64,000 nt of DNA from Flavobacteriales bacterium (GCA_038234075.1 JBBSUV010000001.1:93925-157924), one strand, 5' to 3'; shown: positions 11,289 through 20,774, counted from the first letter of the stretch. Made by a program: numbers and translations. The notes: generated from the sequence alone by a model not told the origin.

Positions 11289-12199
11289 TGCCGTACCGCT
11301 GTTCTGAGCCTCGCACTACGTGCACGCGGGTTGCTCATTTGTTCCTTTTCCGATGGCTGCACCGCCTTGCTCTGCGTGGGCTTGAAAGGCCGCTTGCTGT
11401 TGCCGAACACATCCTTGTCCTCCTTGCCGTCCAGGCTTCCGGTCTTCATCCAGTTCTTCACCAAGCGGTCCTCCAAGCTGTGATAGCTCATCACCACCAA
11501 GCGCCCTCCCGGCTTGATCACTTCAGCGGTCTCCTTCAGCAGGCGCTCGAGCGAGCCGAGCTCATCGTTCACCGCGATGCGCAGCGCTTGGAAGACCTGC
11601 GCGAGAAAGCCATGCTCTTCACCACGGCGCGCCATCGGCTTCAGCACCTCCACCAATTGGCCGGTGGTCTCGATGCGTTCGCTGCCGCGTGCATACACGA
11701 TCTGGCGTGCCACTTTATGCGCTTGCTCCACTTCGCCGTATGTGCGGAGAAGCTCTTCAAGCGCGCGCTCATCGAGGCTGTTCAGCAGGTCCGCGGCAGT
11801 GCGCTTGTCCTGCTGGTTCATGCGCATATCCAATGGCGCGTTGAAGCGGAAGCTGAAACCGCGTTCAGCGGTATCGAACTGGTGGCTGCTCACCCCGAGG
11901 TCAGCCAACAGGCCATCCACCGGCAGTTTCTCGAGATAGCGCAGGTGGTTCCAGATCCAGCGATAGTCCGAAGGGACCAGGGTGAAGCGCGGATCCTTGG
12001 GGGCGTTCGTGCGCGCATCGGCATCGCGGTCGAAGGCGACCAAGGAGCCTTTCGGCCCGAGCTGTTCCAATATGGCGCGGCTATGGCCACCACCACCGAA
12101 GGTCACATCCACATAGATGCCGTCCGGGCGGATGGCCAGTGCTTCGATGCACTCGTGAAGAAGTACCGGCTCATGATATGTGTCCTGGGGCCTCGTCAT
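11285..12199 (-). CDS. rsmH: 16S rRNA (cytosine1402-N4)-methyltransferase
   Basis: HEPVLL motif, SAM-dependent MTase fold, second gene of the dcw cluster. Confidence 0.92.
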   Translation of the reverse strand: MTRPQDTYHEPVLLHECIEALAIRPDGIYVDVTFGGGGHSRAILEQLGPKGSLVAFDRDADARTNAPKDPRFTLVPSDYRWIWNHLRYLEKLPVDGLLADLGVSSHQFDTAERGFSFRFNAPLDMRMNQQDKRTAADLLNSLDERALEELLRTYGEVEQAHKVARQIVYARGSERIETTGQLVEVLKPMARRGEEHGFLAQVFQALRIAVNDELGSLERLLKETAEVIKPGGRLVVMSYHSLEDRLVKNWMKTGSLDGKEDKDVFGNSKRPFKPTQSKAVQPSEKEQMSNPRARSARLRTAVRQ

Positions 12200-12647
12200 T
12201 GCCCAGGCTGCCCATTACGTCCTCCGCCAACTTGGACAGATCCACTTTCTCTCCACGCATCTGCGCGTAGCCGGCCTTGCTCCACACTTCCACCCGATCG
12301 CCCAGCCCCACAAGCTTCAGCTCCTTGCCCAGCTTCGGGTCGTCCATCAAAGCCTTTGGCAAAAGCAAACGCCCACTGCTGTCCAATTCCATGTGAGTGG
12401 CACCGGCCGTGAAGCGCCGTATGAAATCCATGTTCTTCTCCACGAAGCGGTTCAACCGGCCCAGCATACGATTGGTGCTGTCCCACACCTGCTGCGGATA
12501 GAGCACCAAACAAGGGCGGAACACGTCGCGATTGACCACGAAGCCCTGCGAGAGCGAATCCGCCAGCTGCTTCTTCAGCCCGCTGGGCAGTACCAGACGC
12601 CCCTTGGCGTCCAGCCGCACATCGTATTCCCCGAGCAGGTTTAGCAT
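12171..12647 (-). CDS. mraZ: Transcriptional regulator MraZ
   Basis: Tandem MraZ domains (DxxGRL motifs). First gene of the dcw cluster. Confidence 0.9.
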   Translation of the reverse strand: MLNLLGEYDVRLDAKGRLVLPSGLKKQLADSLSQGFVVNRDVFRPCLVLYPQQVWDSTNRMLGRLNRFVEKNMDFIRRFTAGATHMELDSSGRLLLPKALMDDPKLGKELKLVGLGDRVEVWSKAGYAQMRGEKVDLSKLAEDVMGSLGNDEAPGHIS

Positions 12648-12689
12648 TCGTGTTCATCGTGGGTGTGCTGGCCGCGAAAATAGGGTCAC

Positions 12690-12816
12690 TGCCCCACTTT
12701 GCTCCCTATAACCCCACTTTGTTCAAAACTATTGTCCGGCAAAGCTATGTGATTTCATCCAACGGCCACACAATAGCCCAATTATAGGCGAATATAGACG
12801 GGTGGAGCAAAGTGGA
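12690..12816. promoter_or_regulatory. Divergent promoter region with three copies of GA(G/A)CAAAGTGG(G/A)G, candidate MraZ operator repeats
   Basis: CAAAGTGGGG occurs twice as direct repeats 20 bp apart (12694-12703 and 12714-12723 on the + strand as ccccactttg). An inverted third copy gagcaaagtggagca lies at ~12801-12815. They flank an AT-richer ~75-bp core immediately upstream of mraZ. MraZ operators in other bacteria are GTGG-type direct repeats. Confidence 0.35.
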
Positions 12817-13071
12817 GCATTCTCCCAACAACCCACGCAAAAGCAGCAATTGTGGAAAACCGTCAGGCACCACCTCAAGGCACTCCTTTACTTGCTTGTG
12901 CGCCGAAGAAGTCTTCCCTTGGAAGGCGTTCCTCTATGGCCACGGACCGGTCCCTGCCTCCTGGATCATGCCCTCTGCCCACGGTCTTGGCGTGCTTCTT
13001 TCAGCATGGTTTCAGCATGTCCGTTTACCCACTATCCCCTGTGCCCTACATTTGGGCATCCACGAGCAAGC

Positions 13072-13836
13072 ATGGCGCAAGAGCTGAAGGAGGCGGGGGA
13101 ATTCCGATACATCGACGCGGGCGAAGGCCCTCCATTGCTGTTCCTGCACGGCCTTTTTGGGGCACTCAGCAACTTCGAGGAGACCATCGCGCATTTCTCC
13201 GGCCGCTACCGGGTGGTGATGCCGATGCTGCCGCTCTACTCCCTACCGATGCTGAACACGAACGTGAAGGCCTTGGCGGAATTCCTGCGGCGTTTCATCC
13301 AGCAGCTCGGCCTTTCGGACATCAACCTGCTGGGCAATTCCTTGGGTGGCCACGTGGCTTTGGTGTATGCCAGCAAGCACCCGGAAACCGTGCGCTCACT
13401 GATCCTCACGGGCAGCAGTGGCCTGTATGAGAACGCTTTCGGCGGCAGCTTCCCGCGCCGCGAGGACAAGGAGTTCATCCGCAAGAAGGTCGCTGTGACC
13501 TTCTATGATCCGGCGTTCGCGACGGACGCATTGGTGGACGAATGCTTCGTAACGGTGAACGACCGCGCGAAGCTGATCCGCATCCTATCGCTTGCCAAGA
13601 GCGCGATCCGCCACAACATGGCAGCGGAACTTCCGAAGCTGAAAATGCCTGTCTGCCTCATCTGGGGCAAACAGGATCAAATAACCCCACCGCACGTAGC
13701 GGAGGAGTTCCATGAAATGATCCCGAAGAGCGATCTGTTCTGGATCGAACACTGCGGCCATGCCGCCATGATGGAACAACCGGCGGAATTCAATTCCATC
13801 CTGGACGGATGGCTCGCGAAGACGTTGAACGCGTAA
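13072..13836 (+). CDS. Alpha/beta-fold hydrolase
   Basis: GNSLGGHVAL nucleophile elbow and LHGLFG oxyanion region. The start was moved to the internal MAQELKEAG because the upstream ORF extension is compositionally non-coding. Confidence 0.75.
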   Translation: MAQELKEAGEFRYIDAGEGPPLLFLHGLFGALSNFEETIAHFSGRYRVVMPMLPLYSLPMLNTNVKALAEFLRRFIQQLGLSDINLLGNSLGGHVALVYASKHPETVRSLILTGSSGLYENAFGGSFPRREDKEFIRKKVAVTFYDPAFATDALVDECFVTVNDRAKLIRILSLAKSAIRHNMAAELPKLKMPVCLIWGKQDQITPPHVAEEFHEMIPKSDLFWIEHCGHAAMMEQPAEFNSILDGWLAKTLNA

Positions 13837-14456
13837 TGGAGAACCTCAAAGCCGAGCATCTCGGCAGCGGTCGCGAGGCAGCGCACTGGCCCAAGCCGAA
13901 CCTGCCTGAGTACGCTTTCATCGGACGAAGCAATGTGGGCAAGAGCTCATTGATCAACATGCTCGTCGGCATCCATCGCCTTGCTCGGGTGAGCACCACA
14001 CCGGGCCGCACGCGCAACGTGGAGCATTTCCGCGTGGAGCCTGTGAAGGGTAAAGGCCAAGCTTGGATGCTGGCTGACCTGCCCGGGTACGGCTTCGCAA
14101 AAACGAGCAAAGCGGAGCGCGCTCTTTGGTTGGAAATGATCCGCACCTACTTGCGTGAGCGCGAGAACCTACAATGTGTCTTCCTGCTCGTCGACGTCCG
14201 TCACGACCCCCAGCAGAACGACCTGGACATGATCCAGTGGCTCGGCGACGAACAGATCTCCTTCGTCATCCTTTTCACCAAAAGCGACAAGCTGAAACAG
14301 CCGTCCATCGTCAGCAATATCGCGCTGTTCAAGAGGACCTTGAAGAAAACCTGGGACACATTGCCGCACCTGATCATCACCTCTTCAGAGGATGGGAAAG
14401 GGCGGGATGAGGTGCTCTCCTTCATCCTGGACGTGAATTCGCGCTGGGGCGCTTAG
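13836..14456 (+). CDS. engB: Ribosome biogenesis GTP-binding protein YihA/EngB
   Basis: GRSNVGKSSLIN G1 motif, EngB family. The start overlaps the hydrolase stop (TAATG). Confidence 0.85.
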   Translation: MENLKAEHLGSGREAAHWPKPNLPEYAFIGRSNVGKSSLINMLVGIHRLARVSTTPGRTRNVEHFRVEPVKGKGQAWMLADLPGYGFAKTSKAERALWLEMIRTYLRERENLQCVFLLVDVRHDPQQNDLDMIQWLGDEQISFVILFTKSDKLKQPSIVSNIALFKRTLKKTWDTLPHLIITSSEDGKGRDEVLSFILDVNSRWGA

Positions 14457-14468
14457 TTGTCAATTTTC

Positions 14469-14623
14469 AGTTGTCCGTTCTTAGTTGTCCGTTGTCATGC
14501 GGGCGCAGAGTCCTTTATTCTTGGCTCGTGCATTTGGCCCCATGGGCCACGGAGCTGCGAAGCCGAAACCTGCGACGGATCGGCCAAGGGCCCTGACAAC
14601 GGACAACTAAGAACGGACAACTA
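14469..14623. repeat. 155-bp element bounded by 29-bp perfect inverted repeats (MITE-like or large hairpin)
   Basis: agttgtccgttcttagttgtccgttgtca at 14469-14497 is the exact reverse complement of 14595-14623. Each arm is two tandem AGTTGTCCGTT units. The 97-bp GC-rich core contains the cccatggg palindrome. The element lies between convergent engB and gldC. Confidence 0.7.
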
Positions 14624-14953
14624 CTTATTCTTCAACTCCGGCAACATGTGCTCGGCGAAGTAGGCCGCGAAATCACGCATCTGCGCCGCCATCTTGTCCT
14701 CGTTGGTGGCCCGCTCGAAGGTGTCGGCCAGTGTCAGGATGTTCTGGTGGAAGAAGGCCTTCATTTCGTCGGTGGTCATATCCTTCGTCCACAGGTCGAT
14801 GCGCATGGTGTTGAGCTCCTCGGCATCCCAAAAGCTGAGCAGCATGGCCTTGCTCACGCCTTGGTTATCCCCGTCCTCGGCCTTCCATTCGATATTCTCG
14901 GGAACGTGGTTCTCATCCATGTGGAGCCGGATGGTGATGTCGGTTTCTTTCAT
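14621..14953 (-). CDS. gldC: Gliding motility protein GldC
   Basis: About 110 aa with LWTKDMTTDEM and ADTFERAT motifs recalled from Flavobacterium GldC. Sits immediately downstream of gldB as in the known gldBC operon. The start was taken at MKETDITIRL. Confidence 0.65.
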   Translation of the reverse strand: MKETDITIRLHMDENHVPENIEWKAEDGDNQGVSKAMLLSFWDAEELNTMRIDLWTKDMTTDEMKAFFHQNILTLADTFERATNEDKMAAQMRDFAAYFAEHMLPELKNK

Positions 14954-15065
14954 GTTCAATGCAGTGAATGGTGGCTGGTGACCGGTGATTGGTGGCGGCT
15001 GGTAATAGGTGGTAAGTGAGAGTGCCGTGCATATCCGATCACCTATCACTAGTCGCCTATCACCA
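14954..15065. repeat. Imperfect inverted repeat of GGTGAT(A/T)GG units in the gldB-gldC spacer
   Basis: ggtgattggtggcggctggtaataggtgg ... cacctatcactagtcgcctatcaccactacc. The motif is related to repeats at 34790-34835. Confidence 0.4.
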
Positions 15066-16073
15066 CTACCTGGGTTTATAGGTTTTCAAGATCGCTTGCG
15101 GGTCGTGCATCGCGAATATCTCTGCAAAGGTGGCCTTCGGGTTGGCATTCATATAGCTCGTCACCATCCGGTAGCCGATCCATTCGCCGATGTGGCCGGG
15201 GCTTTCGCGCGGGAAGCCCGGCGTGAACGGGCCGTCGTTCATGAAGCGGTCGATCTCCTTGGGATCCTTGCTGTACAGCAGTTCCTTGCTCACGATCTCC
15301 CGCCACACATTGAATTCGTTGTCCTCGCACCACTTCAACTGCTTGGGCGTGAACGCGAACTTCAATGTCGCATCGGTCCCCGGTAACAAGGCATCCAACA
15401 GGGCCATCACTTTTCCGATGACCACAAAATTCGTCAGCAGGTTCTCATCGCGGACATCCCGTGTGTAGTGGACCTGCAGCCATCCCTTCACTACGCTGGG
15501 GACCAGCATTTCCGGACGCATGCGCTCCTTGCGGTACTGCGGGAACACATCCGGCGACAGGTACTTCACCACGGGACTGTCCTTGCCGACGAACCATTCC
15601 ACACCAAAGCCCAGTACGCTGTCCGTAGGCAGTACGCCGTAATTGAAGCCGGAGTTGAACGCAATGATGCGCGGCGTGAGACTATCCGGGAAATACTCCT
15701 TCAGGTGCCCGAACGCCTCATTGAACTCGGCCTCCTGCTTGTTCATATCTCCCAGTATGCTATCCGCCGAACGCTGGACTTTGCTCCAGTCGGGATCATG
15801 CACAAAGCGGGAAAGGGCCATCGGCAAACGCGGATCATTGTACGGCGCCGCTTGAAGGACACGTTCCACGTACAGCTTGTAGAACTCACCGTATTCAGCG
15901 TACAGTCGCAGGTTAAAGTTCCCTGCCGTGTCATCGACCGTTCGGAACAGGTCCTGGTCCAACCGCTCGATCTTGAGGTGCACCTGAGCCGACCGGGGAA
16001 TGTCCTCATGGCTCTGGCCTCCTCCACAAGAGAGAAGGGACAGGAGAACAAAACACCCCATGGTGCTGTTCAT
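15066..16073 (-). CDS. gldB: Gliding motility lipoprotein GldB
   Basis: Lipoprotein signal (LLSLLSCGGG). C-terminal GWIGYRMVTSYMNAN...KTYKPR matches the remembered F. johnsoniae GldB C-terminus. Adjacent to gldC. Confidence 0.75.
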   Translation of the reverse strand: MNSTMGCFVLLSLLSCGGGQSHEDIPRSAQVHLKIERLDQDLFRTVDDTAGNFNLRLYAEYGEFYKLYVERVLQAAPYNDPRLPMALSRFVHDPDWSKVQRSADSILGDMNKQEAEFNEAFGHLKEYFPDSLTPRIIAFNSGFNYGVLPTDSVLGFGVEWFVGKDSPVVKYLSPDVFPQYRKERMRPEMLVPSVVKGWLQVHYTRDVRDENLLTNFVVIGKVMALLDALLPGTDATLKFAFTPKQLKWCEDNEFNVWREIVSKELLYSKDPKEIDRFMNDGPFTPGFPRESPGHIGEWIGYRMVTSYMNANPKATFAEIFAMHDPQAILKTYKPR

Positions 16074-16090
16074 GTAACTCACCTCGATCT

Positions 16091-16098
16091 TACCTTTG
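16091..16098 (+). promoter_or_regulatory. Candidate Bacteroidota sigmaA -7 element (TAccTTTG)
   Basis: TACCTTTG matches the TAnnTTTG consensus, 27 bp upstream of the ATG of the beta-barrel OMP gene. Confidence 0.3.
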
Positions 16099-16125
16099 TC
16101 CATCATTCAACCAGCCCGCAAACCT

Positions 16126-16845
16126 ATGAAGAAGGTCTACGTGACGTTACTCGCCCTATTGCTCGGGGCTCCCAGCATTTTTGCACAGAGCGAGAACTCG
16201 AACGCGGTGCGCTTGGGCATCAAGTTCGCACCGAACCTGGCTTGGATCCGATCGGACACCAAAGGTCTGGAAAGCGATGGGACCTTGATCGGATACAGCT
16301 TTGGCCTCATGACGGAATTCCCGTTCGGGTCCAACGGCAACTACCGCTTTGCAACAGGGCTTTTCCTGAACAACGTCGGTGGCAAGATCAAGCAGACGTA
16401 TTCCTCCGCTCCGGATACGACAGGCCTCACGACCGATATTTTGAGGACATCGACAGTTAAGCTGCGATACATCGAATTACCGGTCACCATGAAGTTGATG
16501 ACCAATGAGATCGGATACATGCGTTACTACGGCCAACTTGGTGTTGACCTCGGCGCGAACATCCGTGCAAAGTCCAATGCCGAAACGATCATGACCTCGG
16601 GTGGGGCCTCTCGCCCTACAACGGAATCTGATATCGACGTGAAAGAGTCGGTGAATGTCTTCAAGGCCGGATTGGTGGTCGGTGCAGGCTTGGAATACAA
16701 CTTCAGCGGTAGAACATCCGCAGTGGTCGGAGTCACTTATCACAGCGGCTTCACCAAACTCTACAAGAAGTCCACATTCACAGGTCTGGACAATGCGAAG
16801 TCTTACGCGGACTACATCGAATTGACGGTGGGAGTCTACTTTTGA
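16126..16845 (+). CDS. Outer-membrane beta-barrel (porin/OmpA-like beta-barrel domain) protein
   Basis: Signal peptide MKKVYVTLLALLLGAPSIFAQ, alternating amphipathic beta-strands, C-terminal aromatic residue (…VGVYF). Confidence 0.6.
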   Translation: MKKVYVTLLALLLGAPSIFAQSENSNAVRLGIKFAPNLAWIRSDTKGLESDGTLIGYSFGLMTEFPFGSNGNYRFATGLFLNNVGGKIKQTYSSAPDTTGLTTDILRTSTVKLRYIELPVTMKLMTNEIGYMRYYGQLGVDLGANIRAKSNAETIMTSGGASRPTTESDIDVKESVNVFKAGLVVGAGLEYNFSGRTSAVVGVTYHSGFTKLYKKSTFTGLDNAKSYADYIELTVGVYF

Positions 16846-16864
16846 TCAAGGTTGACCGGCTAAA

Positions 16865-16908
16865 AGCCCCGTGCCTCTCCACAAGCTGAGGTACGGGGCT
16901 TTTCTTTG
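16865..16908 (+). terminator. Rho-independent terminator
   Basis: GC-rich stem agccccgtgcctc / gaggtacggggct with one G-U pair, followed by tttctttg. Confidence 0.6.
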
Positions 16909-16946
16909 CACATCGCCTTCGCCCCATGCGCTTCGGCGGACCAAGT

Positions 16947-17747
16947 ATGCTGAACGCGGAACGCACGATCGACCACATCACGGACTGGCTTCGTGAATAC
17001 TGCTCGGCCAACAAGCAGCGCGGCTTCGTCATCGGCATCAGCGGCGGCATCGATAGTGCCGTTACCAGTGCACTTTGTGCGCGCACGGGTTTCCCATTGC
17101 TCTGCGTGGAAATGCCGATCCATCAGGCGGAGGGCCAGGTCCAGCAGGCGCTAGACCACATCGCATGGCTGCGCGAACGGTATCCGACGGTCTCCCTGGA
17201 ACACGTGCAGCTCACACCTGTGTTCGATGCCTTGGTGAAGGAACTACGCTCGCATGAGGATACGGCAGCGCTCAACCTCGCGCTCGCTAACACCCGCGCC
17301 CGTTTACGCATGACAACGCTCTACTACTTCGCCGGCGTTGAGCGCTTCCTGGTCGCAGGAACGGGCAACAAGGTGGAGGACTTCGGCGTGGGCTTTTACA
17401 CCAAGTATGGTGATGGTGGCGTGGACCTCTCGCCCATCGCCGACCTCAACAAAACAGAAGTTTTCGCTTTAGCGAAGGAGCTCGGCATCATCGAAAGCAT
17501 CCAGCAGGCCAAGCCCACCGACGGCCTCTTCGGCGACGACCGCAGCGACGAGGACCAACTGGGCGCCAGTTATCCGGAGCTGGAATGGGCCATGGGCTTG
17601 CGCGATGCGGGCACTGCGGTGAATGCGGATGAACTCACCGAAAGGCAGCGTGACGTGCTCAAGATCTACGACCGGTTGCACGCCGCAAATGCGCACAAAT
17701 GGCGGCCGATACCGGTTTGTGTGATACCGCAGGAGTTGCGGAAGTAG
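16947..17747 (+). CDS. nadE: NH3-dependent NAD+ synthetase
   Basis: GISGGIDSAV PP-loop motif, NadE family. The alternative start at 16926 cannot be excluded. Confidence 0.85.
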   Translation: MLNAERTIDHITDWLREYCSANKQRGFVIGISGGIDSAVTSALCARTGFPLLCVEMPIHQAEGQVQQALDHIAWLRERYPTVSLEHVQLTPVFDALVKELRSHEDTAALNLALANTRARLRMTTLYYFAGVERFLVAGTGNKVEDFGVGFYTKYGDGGVDLSPIADLNKTEVFALAKELGIIESIQQAKPTDGLFGDDRSDEDQLGASYPELEWAMGLRDAGTAVNADELTERQRDVLKIYDRLHAANAHKWRPIPVCVIPQELRK

Positions 17748-17750
17748 CGC

Positions 17751-18785
17751 TTACTTGATCGTCCAAACATTCTCCCCGCGCAGCAGCGCATCGAGATCCC
17801 CGGGGCCTTTCTTCTGCTTGGCCAAGGCCATTTGGGCATTCATCTTCGTCTCGTGCGTGTGACGGTCGCTGACGAAGAGCACGCCGAATGGCCGCGGTAG
17901 GGCGCCTACCTCACGCGGGTCATCGAAGAGGCGTACGAGAATGCTGCCTTTGAAGGTGTCACGCTCGTCATGTATCCAGAGGTCATCCACGGAAGCTTCG
18001 CCTAATGAAAGGTCCACCACGACGGGTGTCATCCCGTCGAGCTTGATGCCCTTGGTACCATTGCTGAAGAGCAGGGGCTTGTCGTGTTCCACAAAAACGG
18101 TGTGCTCTGCTTTGCTTGCTTTCTCCGTGAAGATCTCGAAGGCGCCGTCGTTGAAGACGTTGCAGTTCTGGTAGATCTCCAGCAGGCTGGTGCCGCGATG
18201 GGCATCGGCACGCAGTAGCATCTCACGCAGGTGCTTCGGGTCGCGGTCCATGCCCCGTGCGATGAAGGTGGCATCGGCGCCCTTGCACAAAGCGAGCGGA
18301 TTGAACGGATGGTCGGTGCTGCCCATCGGCGAACTCTTCGAGATCAGACCCTCCGGTGAGGTAGGCGAATATTGCCCTTTGGTGAGGCCGTAGATCTCGT
18401 TGTTGAAGAGCAGCACGTTGAGGTCCACGTTGCGGCGCAGCAGGTGGATGAGGTGGTTGCCACCGATGCTGAGCGAATCGCCGTCGCCGGTGATCACCCA
18501 CACGCTGAGGTCGGGCTGCACGCTGCGCATGCCGCTGGCGATCGCTGGGGCGCGCCCGTGGATGCTGTGCATACCGAACGTGTCGAGGTAGTAAGGGAAA
18601 CGGGAAGAGCAGCCGATGCCGCTGATGAAGACGATCTCCTCCTTCGGGCGGCCGTGCTGCGAAAGCACGCTCTCCACCTGTTTCAATATGGAATAATCGC
18701 CGCAGCCGGGGCACCAGCGCACTTGCTGGTCACTGCTGTAATCGATCTTCTTCGGCGCCGGGGCAGCAGGTTGGATCGTGCTCAT
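17751..18785 (-). CDS. korB: 2-oxoacid(2-oxoglutarate):ferredoxin oxidoreductase beta subunit (TPP-binding)
   Basis: WCPGCGD Fe-S/TPP region and GDG TPP motif. The start overlaps the korA stop (ATGA). The long N-terminal extension in the ORF track was rejected. Confidence 0.8.
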   Translation of the reverse strand: MSTIQPAAPAPKKIDYSSDQQVRWCPGCGDYSILKQVESVLSQHGRPKEEIVFISGIGCSSRFPYYLDTFGMHSIHGRAPAIASGMRSVQPDLSVWVITGDGDSLSIGGNHLIHLLRRNVDLNVLLFNNEIYGLTKGQYSPTSPEGLISKSSPMGSTDHPFNPLALCKGADATFIARGMDRDPKHLREMLLRADAHRGTSLLEIYQNCNVFNDGAFEIFTEKASKAEHTVFVEHDKPLLFSNGTKGIKLDGMTPVVVDLSLGEASVDDLWIHDERDTFKGSILVRLFDDPREVGALPRPFGVLFVSDRHTHETKMNAQMALAKQKKGPGDLDALLRGENVWTIK

Positions 18786-20668
18786 GAGTTCAACATTTTG
18801 AGAATGCCCACACGGATCTCCGCGGAGGTGAACGGCATGCCTTGCACCTTGTTGAGACCTTGTGCGTCCACTAAGTATTCCGCGCGCAACAGTTGAAGCA
18901 ACTGGCCGCTGTTCATCTCCGGCACCAGCACTTTGTCGTAGTGCTTCAACAGGCCGCGAAGGCCCTTGTTGAAGGGGAACATGTGCCGCAGGTGCACGTG
19001 CGCCACGCTGAGTCCTTCCTTCTGCAGCTCCAGCACCGCCGTGCGGATGGCGCCGTAGGTGGAGCCCCACCCGACGACCAACAATTCGCCGCTCTCGGGG
19101 CCGCTGTCCAAACGGATGGGACGGTAGGTGTCGGCGATACGCTGCACCTTCTCGGCGCGCAGTTTCACCATCAGCTCATGGTTCTGCGGGTCGTAGCTGA
19201 TGTTGCCGGTCTTGTCCTCCTTCTCAATGCCACCGATGCGGTGCTGCAGCCCTTTCATCCCAGGGATAGCCCATGGGCGCACGCCGCGTTCGTCGCGGGC
19301 ATAGGGCAGGAAAGCTTCGGCATCCTCGGTTTCACGCGGTTTCGCATAGGGCGGCGTGATCGGCCGAAGGTCCTTTGCCTCAGGGAAGCGCCAGGGCTCA
19401 GCGCCGTTCGCGATGTAGCCATCGCTGAGCAGGATCACGGGCGTCATGTGTTCCACCGCCAGCTTCACCGCTTCGAACGCCATCTCGAAGCAATCCGTAG
19501 GGCTGCTCGCTGCAAGGACCGGGATCGGCGCTTCGCCGTTGCGGCCGAAGATGGCTTGCCAGAGATCAGCTTGTTCCGTCTTCGTAGGCAGCCCGGTGCT
19601 GGGGCCGCCGCGCTGTACGTTCACCACCACCAAAGGCAGTTCCAGCATAAATGCCAACCCGAGTGCTTCGCCTTTCAGCGCGATGCCGGGACCGCTGCTC
19701 GCTGTGGCACCGAGGGCACCGCCATAGCTGGCCCCGATCGCGGAGCAGATAGCGGCGATCTCGTCCTCCGCTTGGAAGGTCTTCACGCCGAAATGCTTGT
19801 TGCGTGACAACTCGTGCAGGATGTCGCTGGCCGGAGTGATGGGATAGCTGCCGTAGAAGAGCCCCAGACCGGCCTTCTCTGCGGCTGCGATCAGGCCGAT
19901 GGCGATGCCCTGGTTGCCGGTGATGTTGCGGTAGTTGCCACTGGGCATCGGCGCGGGCTTCACCTCATAACGCGTGGTGAAGGTCTCGCTCGTGTCACCG
20001 TAGTTATAACCGGCTTGCAGCACCTTCAGGTTCGCTTCCAGCAGGTCCGGCTTGCTCTTGAACTTAGCCTCGAGGAACTTCTTGTTGCGATCCAGCGAGC
20101 GGCTGTACATCCAGCTGATGAAACCGAGCACGAACATGTTCTTGCTGCGGTCCTTCTCCTTCATGCCGAGGGTGGTTCCCTCAAGCGCATTGCGTGTAAG
20201 CTTGGTGACGTCCACGGTGTGCAGCACATAGTTGTCCAGCGAGTGGTCGTTCAACGGGTTCTCCTCGTCTGGATAGCCGGAAAGCCGCAAGTTCTTCGCA
20301 TCGAAGCCGTCGCTGTTGGCGATGATGGTGCCGCCGTGCTTCAGCTTGCCGAGGTTGGCTTTCAGTGCCGCCGCATTCATCACCACCAGCACATCGCAGA
20401 CATCGCCGGGCGTGAAGACGTCCACGCTGCCGAAGTGCAACTGGTAGCCGCTGACGCCGGCCAGCGTGCCCTGCGGCGCGCGGATCTCCGCCGGATAGTT
20501 CGGGAAAGTGCTCACGTCGTTGCCGAAGAGCGCGTTGGTGTCGGTGAACTGGGCTCCAGTAAGCTGAATGCCGTCGCCGCTGTCCCCTGCAAAGAGTATC
20601 ACGACCTTCTCGCGGGCCTCGACGATCTTCGGACGGGTTGTGGGTATCGTGTCCATATTGGGGCGCAA
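18782..20668 (-). CDS. korA: 2-oxoacid(2-oxoglutarate):ferredoxin oxidoreductase alpha subunit
   Basis: About 620 aa KorA-type alpha subunit (pyruvate-flavodoxin oxidoreductase domains I/II), immediately upstream of korB. Confidence 0.8.
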   Translation of the reverse strand: MRPNMDTIPTTRPKIVEAREKVVILFAGDSGDGIQLTGAQFTDTNALFGNDVSTFPNYPAEIRAPQGTLAGVSGYQLHFGSVDVFTPGDVCDVLVVMNAAALKANLGKLKHGGTIIANSDGFDAKNLRLSGYPDEENPLNDHSLDNYVLHTVDVTKLTRNALEGTTLGMKEKDRSKNMFVLGFISWMYSRSLDRNKKFLEAKFKSKPDLLEANLKVLQAGYNYGDTSETFTTRYEVKPAPMPSGNYRNITGNQGIAIGLIAAAEKAGLGLFYGSYPITPASDILHELSRNKHFGVKTFQAEDEIAAICSAIGASYGGALGATASSGPGIALKGEALGLAFMLELPLVVVNVQRGGPSTGLPTKTEQADLWQAIFGRNGEAPIPVLAASSPTDCFEMAFEAVKLAVEHMTPVILLSDGYIANGAEPWRFPEAKDLRPITPPYAKPRETEDAEAFLPYARDERGVRPWAIPGMKGLQHRIGGIEKEDKTGNISYDPQNHELMVKLRAEKVQRIADTYRPIRLDSGPESGELLVVGWGSTYGAIRTAVLELQKEGLSVAHVHLRHMFPFNKGLRGLLKHYDKVLVPEMNSGQLLQLLRAEYLVDAQGLNKVQGMPFTSAEIRVGILKMLNS

Positions 20669-20774
20669 AGGTACGGGGGGGCGAAATGGTACATAGTTGA
20701 GCTTTGTCAGGGCTGGATCCTCACCACCTCAACCTTCAGTCTTTATCTTTGGGAAACGAACCTATCAGGTTGAA

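Noticed and set aside
12802-13071. N-terminal 90-aa extension of the alpha/beta hydrolase ORF starting at 12802.
   Set aside because: The extension is Pro/Ser/Cys-rich with no hydrolase similarity and overlaps the mraZ promoter region. The conserved hydrolase begins at the internal Met (13072), preceded by a plausible spacer.
17751-19070. korB ORF as given by the track (439 aa, MGLHLRR… start).
   Set aside because: The first 95 residues are Arg/Gly/Ala-rich and overlap korA. The real start is the internal MSTIQP (18785), overlapping the korA stop, which gives a normal-length beta subunit.
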